Assembly (NCBI GenBank): GCA_018658265.1
Contig: JABHVN010000002.1
Span: 1 to 62,737 of the forward strand
Length of the DNA stretch: 62,737 nucleotides
DNA from: Candidatus Woesearchaeota archaeon
GTDB lineage: Archaea; Nanobdellota; Nanobdellia; SCGC-AAA011-G17; UBA489
Reading direction: 5' to 3'
Below are positions 55,250 to 62,737 of this stretch, piece by piece. Within the stretch, counting starts at the first letter, position 1. Every line of letters starts with the position of its first letter. The translations under genes and the position numbers were made by a program. The notes under the pieces are model-generated. The model worked only from the letters and a program-made list of their open reading frames with translations. It ran no database searches and was not told where the DNA came from.

Positions 55250-55657
55250 ATGGCAAAAAGGGGTGCTAAGAGAGACATTAAGTTCTCTGTCGAAATTAAT
55301 ACTGAAGGTATCAACAGTTTTCTAAAAAAAATTAAGAAAAAGAAAGATAAAACTATTAGAAAATTAAGCAACATAACCAAAAGATTTTCCAAATACGAAG
55401 AACCATTCTGTGAAATAAGACAAAATCACAAAAGAATGAAAATTGTAATAAAACTTCCGGATGTTAAAAAGAAAGACATTCTTCTAAATGTTTCTGATGG
55501 AAAGATTGAAATTAAAGCAGAAGCAAGAGAAAGAAATGGTAAAATAATAAAAACATTCCATAGGATAATTGATATTCCAAAATGTAGCGTACCTAAAAGA
55601 ATGAATGCTAACATCAAAAATGAAACTTTAAAATTAGATTTGCCATTTAAACTGTAA
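55250..55657 (+). CDS. Small heat-shock protein (Hsp20/alpha-crystallin domain)
   Basis: Alpha-crystallin core IVIKLPDVKKKDILLNVSDGKIEIKAE..FHRIIDIP..ANIKNETLKLDLP. Confidence 0.8.
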   Translation: MAKRGAKRDIKFSVEINTEGINSFLKKIKKKKDKTIRKLSNITKRFSKYEEPFCEIRQNHKRMKIVIKLPDVKKKDILLNVSDGKIEIKAEARERNGKIIKTFHRIIDIPKCSVPKRMNANIKNETLKLDLPFKL

Positions 55658-55659
55658 AA

Positions 55660-55673
55660 AGGCCAGTTGGCCT
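55660..55673. terminator. Perfect palindrome AGGCCA-GT-TGGCCT between convergent genes
   Basis: 6-bp GC-rich stem starting 3 nt after the hsp20 stop and overlapping the stop of the small minus-strand ORF. Confidence 0.35.
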
Positions 55674-55830
55674 AAGAACAATCTATTACTTTATCTTTGT
55701 CAATGGCAATAATCACTGCCTTATCTTTAATCCTTTTTCTAATCAATTCATTTGATAAGAATTTACGCTTATCAAAATTCCAGTTTTCACTAAGTTCAGA
55801 CTCAGACTGTATACTAATATTGTACACCAT
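55672..55830 (-). CDS. Small hypothetical protein (52 aa; absent from the ORF track, probably because it is under 60 aa)
   Basis: My translation: MVYNISIQSESELSENWNFDKRKFLSNELIRKRIKDKAVIIAIDKDKVIDCS. Strong GGGGGTGA Shine-Dalgarno-like element 5 nt upstream of the ATG; competes with the plus-strand ORF 55697..55879. Confidence 0.4.
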   Translation of the reverse strand: MVYNISIQSESELSENWNFDKRKFLSNELIRKRIKDKAVIIAIDKDKVIDCS

Positions 55831-55976
55831 AATCTTCACCCCCATGAAAGATTCGATATTTTTAGCTAAATTCTACTAAAAGTAATGTTTATATACCAAT
55901 ATATACTTATTCAATATAGAAAATATACTCTATATTTTCCCACTAAATCAGTTAAAAACATAATGGAGTTTTTCTC

Positions 55977-56957
55977 ATGGAATACAGAAAATTAATCAAA
56001 TTTGGAAATAGTTCCCATGTAATCTCCATTCCAAAGGATTGGCTAAAAAGAAACAATATGAGTAAAGGAGATGTTGTTTACTTTGAAGAAGATGACAAAG
56101 GAGATATTGTTATTTCATCAAAAAACCCTGAAGAAAGAGAAGAAAAAAAGATTGTAAACATAAACATTGATGACCTTTCTACAAAGGAAATTGAGCTTGA
56201 AATAGTTGCAAGTTATATGAAAGAATTCAACACAATAAACATCAAGGGGAAAGAAATCAAAAAGAGAGAAAAGGAAATTAGAGAAATTCTAAAAAGATTA
56301 GTTGCAATTGAAGTTATTGAACAAACTGATAAAAAAGTAGTTGCAAAAGACTTCTTAAACATTAAAGAAATAAGGCTTGAAGATCTTAGAAAAAGATTAG
56401 ACATTGTAATTAAAAGCATGCTCCATGATTCCAAACTAGGCAATGGTAAGGGACAATTTGAAAGTGTTATTACTAGAGATTTAGATGCAAATAGATTCGC
56501 ATATTTACTATTCAGAGTACTTAGAAGATGTATTGAAAAACCTGGAATAAAAAAAGAAGTAGGTTTAACATCATTAGAAGTAGTAAATGAACAAACATTA
56601 GTTCTTACAATGGAAAGAATTGGAGATTTAGCTAAAAGAGTTTCTAGAGAAGACAGTAGGGCAAAACTATCCTCTTCAGAAATAAAAGAACTTAATGGAC
56701 TATATGATAAGATAACTGAAAATTACAATAACGCAATAAATGCATATCAGAAAAAGGATTATGACATATCTAGAAAAGTTTATTCAGAGAATAAACTAAT
56801 TCAAAAATCGTGCGACAAATCAAAAGATAAGATAAAATCTCCAAATGCATTCAAAGTACTCAACCTCATAAGGGAAATGTCAAATAACATCTCACTTATC
56901 GGAGAAGTAGGTATAATGAATTCTCAAAGTACATTAACCAATGTTTCTTTTGAATAA
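55977..56957 (+). CDS. AbrB/SpoVT-domain plus PhoU-domain regulator
   Basis: N-terminal swapped-hairpin motif LIKFGNSSHVISIPKDWLKRNNMSKGDVV; helical PhoU-like C-terminal repeats. Confidence 0.8.
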   Translation: MEYRKLIKFGNSSHVISIPKDWLKRNNMSKGDVVYFEEDDKGDIVISSKNPEEREEKKIVNINIDDLSTKEIELEIVASYMKEFNTINIKGKEIKKREKEIREILKRLVAIEVIEQTDKKVVAKDFLNIKEIRLEDLRKRLDIVIKSMLHDSKLGNGKGQFESVITRDLDANRFAYLLFRVLRRCIEKPGIKKEVGLTSLEVVNEQTLVLTMERIGDLAKRVSREDSRAKLSSSEIKELNGLYDKITENYNNAINAYQKKDYDISRKVYSENKLIQKSCDKSKDKIKSPNAFKVLNLIREMSNNISLIGEVGIMNSQSTLTNVSFE

Positions 56958-57010
56958 GAAGATTTATAATATCTCAAAAAGAGCTTGCCACATGACTAAG
57001 GGTAAAAAAA

Positions 57011-58732
57011 ATGATCAGACAACCAATTGTAGTAATAGCAGGGCATATTGACCACGGTAAATCAAGTATTCTAGAAAGAGTTAAAGGCATTTCCATCACA
57101 AAAGGTGAATCTGGAGGAATAACCCAATCAATTAAATCATATAACATTCCAATCCAATCCATAGAAAAATGCTGTGGATCCCTTCTAAAAAGCCTTAATC
57201 AAGAAATTACAATACCTGGATTACTTTTCTTAGACAGTCCAGGTCACGCCGCATTCAATAATATGAGGAAACGTGGCGGAAACCTTGCAGATTTAGCAAT
57301 TCTTACAATAGATATCAATGAAGGAGTAAAAGATCAAACAATCGAATGTATTCAAATCTTAAAGGAATATAAAACGCCATTCATAATTGCATTAAATAAA
57401 ATTGACCTAGTTCATGGATGGAGATCCAATGACAAAAAAAACATTCTAGATAATATTAATTCCCAAGCCGAAACTGTTAGGCAGCAAATGGATACTAAAC
57501 TATACGAAGTTCTAGGAGTTTTAGCAGAACATGGAATTAATTCAGAAAGATTCGATAGAGTGACAGATTATACTTCTCAAGTTGCAATGGTGCCTGTTTC
57601 AGCAAAAACAAATGAAGGCATTCCAGAATTATTTATGGTATTAACTGGATTAGCACAAAAATATTTGGAAAAATCCCTTAACATTTCTGAAGAAGGTGAA
57701 GGGAAAGCAACAGTTTTAGAAATCCAAGAAGATGTGGGCGTTGGAACTACTTTAGATGTAATATTATATGACGGTCAACTAAAAAAAGGAGACCAAATAC
57801 TTGTAGGAACTTTAGACGGTCCAGTTGTTACAAAAATTAAAGGATTATTTGAACCTGAAGGTAAGAAACTAAAAAATGTTGATAAGATCCATGCAGCTTA
57901 TGGAGTTAGAATTTCAGCTCAAGACGTTAAAGGCGTTGTTGGTGGTATGCCATTGATTGTTGCAAACACAAATTTAGAACAAAAAGCAGCAGAACTTCAA
58001 ACTGAACTTGAAGGCGTAATGATTGACACTGAAAAAGAAGGTGTAATCGTAAAAGCAGATACATTAGGAAGTTTAGAAGCACTTACAGCATTGTTAAAAA
58101 AAGAAGATATCAAAATAAAAAAAGCATCCATAGGAAATATATCTAAAAAAGATTTAGCAGAAGCATCTTCAGAAAATGAAGTTGCAAATAAGGTAATTCT
58201 TGGATTTAACATTAAATCTTGTGAAACTGACCCTCAAGTAAAAACAATTCTTAATGGAGTTATTTACAAAATAATTGAAGATTACACTGAATGGAAAGAA
58301 CAGTTAAGCAAAGCTGCAGAAACAAAAAACTTAGAAGAACTTACAAGACCCTTCAAAATAACAATTCTAAAAGGATGCATATTTAGACAATGTGGACCTT
58401 GTGTGGTAGGTGTAGGTATTGAAGGCGGAATTCTAAAAACAAATTCAAAACTAATGAAAAAAGATGGATCAAAGGCATCCTATGTAAAAAGTATTCAACA
58501 TGAAAAAGAAAACATCCGTCAAGTTGAAGCAGGAAAGGAAGTAGCAGTATCTATTCCAGATTTAACTGCAGGAAGACAAATCAATGAGAATGAAGTTCTT
58601 TATTCTAACTTAACAGAAAACGAATTCCTCGAACTTAAGAAAATGAAGAAATTACTAAAGCCTCAAGAAATTGAAATTCTTAAAGAAATTGCAGTAATCA
58701 AAAGAAAAGATAAGCCCTTATGGGGAATCTAA
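57011..58732 (+). CDS. infB: Translation initiation factor aIF5B (IF-2)
   Basis: RQPIVVIAGHIDHGKSSILE, DSPGH, NKID, 573 aa, no intein. Confidence 0.93.
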   Translation: MIRQPIVVIAGHIDHGKSSILERVKGISITKGESGGITQSIKSYNIPIQSIEKCCGSLLKSLNQEITIPGLLFLDSPGHAAFNNMRKRGGNLADLAILTIDINEGVKDQTIECIQILKEYKTPFIIALNKIDLVHGWRSNDKKNILDNINSQAETVRQQMDTKLYEVLGVLAEHGINSERFDRVTDYTSQVAMVPVSAKTNEGIPELFMVLTGLAQKYLEKSLNISEEGEGKATVLEIQEDVGVGTTLDVILYDGQLKKGDQILVGTLDGPVVTKIKGLFEPEGKKLKNVDKIHAAYGVRISAQDVKGVVGGMPLIVANTNLEQKAAELQTELEGVMIDTEKEGVIVKADTLGSLEALTALLKKEDIKIKKASIGNISKKDLAEASSENEVANKVILGFNIKSCETDPQVKTILNGVIYKIIEDYTEWKEQLSKAAETKNLEELTRPFKITILKGCIFRQCGPCVVGVGIEGGILKTNSKLMKKDGSKASYVKSIQHEKENIRQVEAGKEVAVSIPDLTAGRQINENEVLYSNLTENEFLELKKMKKLLKPQEIEILKEIAVIKRKDKPLWGI

Positions 58733-59614
58733 ATCATCTAAATAATATTTTAGAGAATAAATTATATCTGAAGAGCTAGTTACAATTCCCATATTATTCA
58801 CCGTACCATCATCGATATCATATGTTCCAGTTGCAAGACCAAAAAAAATGGGATTTTCTTCAAGGGGATTGATAAAGCTTGGAGTTCCACTATCCCCATG
58901 ATTTATTTTGAGAGATATAAAACTAAAACCTCTCTTTGTAGAATCATCTAAGGAAGGACCCTTATGTTTTTTAGGAAAATCATCTTGAAGATTAAACAGT
59001 GCATGTTCTGAACAAATCACTGTACCGCCTTCATGAACAACAGATTCATAGGGCGAAACTAAAGAATACGTAAAAAAACCAACAATTTCCCCACATAAAG
59101 ATTTAGAAGTATTTACAAATTTTAAAGGATGAGTTTTAGGATCTTTTCCCGTTTCAGCAACTAAGACTGCATAGTCTAAAGATTCACTGATAAGTTCTGT
59201 TCTTCTAATGGGATAAACATTTCCTTGATAATCAATAATTGACCCATTGACAATACCTTCACGATTAACATGACGAGCCATATGTTCAACAGTTAAAACA
59301 AGCCCACTATCATCGATTAAATATCCGTGGGCAATCTGTCCTGAAGCCTTAATCAAAACTAAATTATCCCTAACATTGTTTTCAAATATATTTTCATCCA
59401 ATGAATCATCAAAAAAATTTCTTAATGCATCTAATCTAATGGGATCATCGGCCAAAGAATATTTATCTCTACTCATCAAACCTTCCAATTTACTTGATTC
59501 TTTAGATTCAATAACGGGAGGAATTAATTGAGAATCCAATATTTCCAATCCAGGATTAGCACAGCTAAGCCCTGCCAATAACCCTCCAGCTAAAAAAAGT
59601 CTGTTCATACTCAA
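58718..59614 (-). CDS. Secreted trypsin-like (S1/chymotrypsin-fold) serine protease
   Basis: Candidate triad TVEHMA / DYAVLV / NHGDSGTP; N-terminal signal LFLAGGLLAGLSCANP with a lipobox-like Cys. Confidence 0.65.
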   Translation of the reverse strand: MSMNRLFLAGGLLAGLSCANPGLEILDSQLIPPVIESKESSKLEGLMSRDKYSLADDPIRLDALRNFFDDSLDENIFENNVRDNLVLIKASGQIAHGYLIDDSGLVLTVEHMARHVNREGIVNGSIIDYQGNVYPIRRTELISESLDYAVLVAETGKDPKTHPLKFVNTSKSLCGEIVGFFTYSLVSPYESVVHEGGTVICSEHALFNLQDDFPKKHKGPSLDDSTKRGFSFISLKINHGDSGTPSFINPLEENPIFFGLATGTYDIDDGTVNNMGIVTSSSDIIYSLKYYLDDLDSP

Positions 59615-59699
59615 ATCACTAAACTATCCAAGATTAGTCGATTTATAAAAATTTCCCGTAGTAACCTTTAAAAACCCAAAATAACCTGCTTTTGAAACA

Positions 59700-60110
59700 A
59701 TGGCAGAAGAAATCAAATGTAATATCAGTAGCCCTAAAGATGGTAAAACCTATTCTAAACCAGTAGAACAAACACTTCTATCAGGTAGAAAAGTTGGAGA
59801 AACTATTCCAGGAAACTTATTTGGTTTAACAGGTTACGAATTAAAAGTTACAGGCGGTTCAGACTCTGCAGGTTTCCCAATGAGACCAGAAATAGAAACA
59901 ACTCACAGAAAAAGAATTTTAGTTCAAACAAGTGTTGGCGTTAAAGTAAAGAAGAAAGGCGAATACAGAAGAAAAACAGTTAGAGGAAATATTATTAGTG
60001 AAGCAACTGCTCAATTAAATTTATTAGTTTCTAAGTACGGAACAAAGCCAATTCCAGAACTTCTAAATCCCGAAGTTAAAGAGGAAGCTCCTGAAGAGAA
60101 AAAAGAATAA
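59700..60110 (+). CDS. rps6e: Ribosomal protein S6e
   Basis: GYELKVTGGSDSAGFPMRPE, RKTVRGN; short acidic C-terminal extension. Confidence 0.92.
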   Translation: MAEEIKCNISSPKDGKTYSKPVEQTLLSGRKVGETIPGNLFGLTGYELKVTGGSDSAGFPMRPEIETTHRKRILVQTSVGVKVKKKGEYRRKTVRGNIISEATAQLNLLVSKYGTKPIPELLNPEVKEEAPEEKKE

Positions 60111-60112
60111 TT

Positions 60113-60609
60113 CTAAGGATATGGATGTTTTTCTTTAGCATACATTATCAATTCACAAACTTCCCTAACTGCACCATTACCACCTTTTCTCTGAGTAACG
60201 TAATCTGCAACTTTCTTGACTTGATCAAATGCATTACCCGTAGCAATACCTAATCCTGATTTGTTTATAACTCCAATATCATTTAAATCATCTCCGACAA
60301 AACAAACTTCATCAAATTTCTACTTTTTATCTCTTCTAAAAAGTTTCCTAATTTATCATTCAGTCCATGAGTGCAAGGTATCTTTAATTTTTTAGCTCTT
60401 GTGGCAACAACTTTATTAGTTTCTCTTGATAGAATTACAACATCGATCCCACAATATTTTCTAACAAATTCTAAGCCCAATCCATCAGCCCTATCACATT
60501 TAACAGATTCTAAATTATCTTCACCAACATAAACACCTCTGTCTGTCAAAGTACCATCAAAATCTAAGCAAAGAAGTTTAATCTTTGCAAACTTCTCCTT
60601 AATCCCCAT
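60113..60609 (-). pseudogene. KdsC-like HAD phosphatase (subfamily IIIA) split by a -1 frame change at A AAT TTG
   Basis: The 0 frame (ORF 60283..60681; likely start at the ATG at 60609) gives LCLDFDGTLTD...SRNL and then runs out of frame to TAA at 60283. The -1 frame from 60319 gives KFDEVCFVGDDLNDIGV..GGNGAVREVCELI ending in TAG at 60113, which is the missing HAD motifs III/IV. Confidence 0.7.
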
Positions 60610-60716
60610 TTCCAATCCATCGAATAATGCTTTCATAAAATAAAAGTAATCTAAATCCCTTTTAAAAGTTGTCAAAATCAAAAACCCTTATAAACAGCCA
60701 ATTGAAGTATCTAAAT

Positions 60717-61970
60717 ATGCCTACAGCTAAAAAAACAACAAAGAAAGTAACTCAACCAGAGATAAGTATAGGACTTGTAGGTCATGTAGATCACGGAAAA
60801 ACAACTTTAACAGAACGATTCTCAGGTAAATGGACAGATACTCATTTTGAAGAAATCAAAAGAGGAATTACCATTAAATTAGGTTACGCAAATTCATCAT
60901 TCTATAAATTCAAAAATAAGGAAACAGGAAAAATAGATTATTCTTCTAAAGAAATTGGCCCTAACAAAGAAAAAGGCGAACTAACAAGAACTGTTTCTTT
61001 CATCGACGCTCCTGGACACGAGTCCTTAATGGCAACAATGATTTCTGGAGCAGCAATTATGGATGGAGCTGTTTTACTAGTTGCAGCAAATGAAAAATGT
61101 CCACAACCTCAAACTGAAGAACATCTAATGGCATTAGAAATAATTGGTTGTAAAAACATAGTAATCGCACAAAATAAAATTGATTTAGTTACAGAAAAAG
61201 AAGCTCAAGAAAACCACAAACAATTGAAAGCATTCCTTAAAGGAACAATTGCAGAAAATGCACCAATAGTTCCAATCTCGGCACAAAGAGATATTAATGT
61301 TAATCACTTAATTAATGCAATCGAAGAAACAATTAAAACTCCAAAAAGAGATACTAAAAAAGATCCTGTGATGTATATTGCAAGAAGTTTTGACGTTAAC
61401 AAACCTGGAACAGAGATTAACACTCTTGTCGGAGGCGTCTTAGGCGGTGCATTAAAAGAAGGTCAATTCAAAAATGGAGAAGAAATTACAATATTACCTG
61501 GAATGCCAATTGACAAAGACGGTAAAAGATTATGGCAACCCATCAAAAGTAAAATCATTGGGCTTCAAACAGGAAGAGATCCAATCGATGCAGCCGGACC
61601 AGGAGGTTCAATTGCAGTTCTAACTTCACTAGATCCTTATTATGTTAAGGGAGATGCATTACGTGGAAACCTTGCGGGTCATGAAGGTAAAATGCCAAAT
61701 GTATGGCATGAATTCACACTTAAAACAAAATTATTAGACAGAGTTGTTGGAGATAAAGAATCAAAAGATGTTCAAGCAATCAAACTATCAGAACCATTAT
61801 TATTAAACGTAAATTCTGCAGCTACTATGGGAATAGTAACTCAACTAAAAAAAGATGCAGTTAATGTTAAACTTAAGCTTCCAGTTTGTTGTACAAAAGA
61901 AGATAGAATAACTATTTCTAGAATGATGGGTAACCGTTGGAGACTTATTGGTTACGGAACCATTGAGTAG
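60717..61970 (+). CDS. eif2g: Translation initiation factor aIF2 gamma subunit
   Basis: GLVGHVDHGKTTL, DAPGH, NKID, a single residual Cys (EKCPQP) where many aIF2-gamma carry a zinc knuckle. Start at the ATG at 60717 with CTTATAAA about 25 nt upstream, not at the TTG at 60669. Confidence 0.93.
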   Translation: MPTAKKTTKKVTQPEISIGLVGHVDHGKTTLTERFSGKWTDTHFEEIKRGITIKLGYANSSFYKFKNKETGKIDYSSKEIGPNKEKGELTRTVSFIDAPGHESLMATMISGAAIMDGAVLLVAANEKCPQPQTEEHLMALEIIGCKNIVIAQNKIDLVTEKEAQENHKQLKAFLKGTIAENAPIVPISAQRDINVNHLINAIEETIKTPKRDTKKDPVMYIARSFDVNKPGTEINTLVGGVLGGALKEGQFKNGEEITILPGMPIDKDGKRLWQPIKSKIIGLQTGRDPIDAAGPGGSIAVLTSLDPYYVKGDALRGNLAGHEGKMPNVWHEFTLKTKLLDRVVGDKESKDVQAIKLSEPLLLNVNSAATMGIVTQLKKDAVNVKLKLPVCCTKEDRITISRMMGNRWRLIGYGTIE

Positions 61971-62034
61971 CTTATAAATTATTATTCCCCAGTATATATT
62001 TCTTTAAATATTAACTTAGCTTAAAACTAGTATA

Positions 62035-62430
62035 GTGACTGAGTCCGAATTTGATGTAAGAGTTGAAGAGTATATTAATTGGCAAGATAGTCCATACAGT
62101 CATTCTATAAGTCCAGCTAATCCGGAAAGAATAAATGGTGTGGGAGACGCATTGAGATCATTGGGCGTTGAACCTACAAAAGAATTATCTCTTGAAAATG
62201 TTGCAGTCATAAGAAACCCTTTGCAAAAATATGCTATGACAGATAATCAAAGAATTGCAATACGATTGGGAGCAAATTTTATGAGAACTCAGGTAACTTT
62301 TGAATGTGTTGCTGATGAAAGTTTAACTACAATACTAGATGCATTAGGCGTAGAAAAAGCTAAACAGGGCGCAAATAATGATTTAGCAGCAATAGATCTT
62401 TGCAGAAAAATATATTTTGGAGATTATTAA
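62035..62430 (+). CDS. Hypothetical protein
   Basis: 131-aa ORF with GTG start; no recognised motifs. Confidence 0.4.
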   Translation: MTESEFDVRVEEYINWQDSPYSHSISPANPERINGVGDALRSLGVEPTKELSLENVAVIRNPLQKYAMTDNQRIAIRLGANFMRTQVTFECVADESLTTILDALGVEKAKQGANNDLAAIDLCRKIYFGDY

Positions 62431-62737
62431 ATTTCTTCAGCTTTTAATCTCGCATTATCTACAAAACCTGTGGGTGTCCAAAATCCTTTAAGGAAAGTTT
62501 CATCAATTTTCTTCCTTCCTTCGCCTTCGTAAACAACACCTTGTCTAAAAAATTCTTCCAATGCTCTTTGAACAGGCTGAGCACAGTACCTGAGTTCTGC
62601 AACAGAGCCAGCATTAAGGTTTCCTTCTGAATCAAAATTACTCCTGTTTCCTTCCACAACATGAAATCCATATGAAGGATCGATAGCCACTTCATTTAAC
62701 AGCCTCACTTTTTCAGCACAAACTTTGGGATCGTTCG
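62427..62737 (-). CDS. Hypothetical protein, 5'-partial (runs off the window end)
   Basis: The frame is open from the window edge to the stop at 62427; no recognised motifs. Confidence 0.4.
   Translation of the reverse strand, partial: NDPKVCAEKVRLLNEVAIDPSYGFHVVEGNRSNFDSEGNLNAGSVAELRYCAQPVQRALEEFFRQGVVYEGEGRKKIDETFLKGFWTPTGFVDNARLKAEEI

Noticed and set aside
55697-55879. Plus-strand 60-aa ORF (TTG start)
   Set aside because: It has a non-ATG start and no Shine-Dalgarno-like element. It overlaps a minus-strand ORF that has a strong RBS. It is kept only as the weaker alternative.
1-62737. CRISPR arrays, IS elements or transposases, integrases, rRNA genes, prophage modules
   Set aside because: I saw no spaced direct repeats, terminal inverted repeats, recombinase motifs or rRNA-like GC-rich blocks on either strand.
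62035-62737. Slightly higher GC and two unrecognisable convergent ORFs at the window end, as a possible island boundary
   Set aside because: The difference is modest by eye, the segment is truncated by the window edge, and no mobility genes or repeats are visible.

Overview
AT-rich (about 30% GC by eye), very gene-dense archaeal window. The archaeal assignment rests on aIF2-gamma, aIF5B, L7Ae-S28e-L24e-NDK, S6e, aCPSF1, proteasome beta, RtcB plus archease, archaeal-type GluRS, a Sec11-type signal peptidase, and two intronless tRNAs with TATA-like boxes. Compact overlapping genes, thin metabolism and many lineage-specific secreted proteins fit a small-genome DPANN-like archaeon; that placement is inference. 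I found no rRNA, CRISPR array, transposase or integrase. The standout is a 16-kb block on the minus strand (6174..21987) encoding ten envelope proteins. It contains an S-layer-like protein with its own promoter and terminator, a secreted phosphoesterase broken by an in-frame TAG, and a 2,626-aa giant protein (two Ig+LamG units, an internal duplication). The giant's C-terminal beta-sandwich module recurs in two small neighbouring proteins. Two paralogous ~400-aa proteins with a signal peptide and C-terminal anchor, plus small membrane proteins, complete the block. I read it as a candidate uncharacterised surface attachment or fibre apparatus. Other points: two genes (a PQ-loop/SemiSWEET-like gene and a KdsC-like HAD gene) are split exactly at X XXY YYZ -1 slippery heptamers. 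There is a carbamate kinase / COG2403 P-loop / atypical transcarbamylase operon. A long run of redox-defence genes lies mostly on the minus strand. Lys/Glu/Pro-rich tails are fused to conserved housekeeping proteins. A 358-bp intergenic gap holds a GC-rich hairpin. All calls come from reading the sequence and the ORF track; no searches or computations were run.
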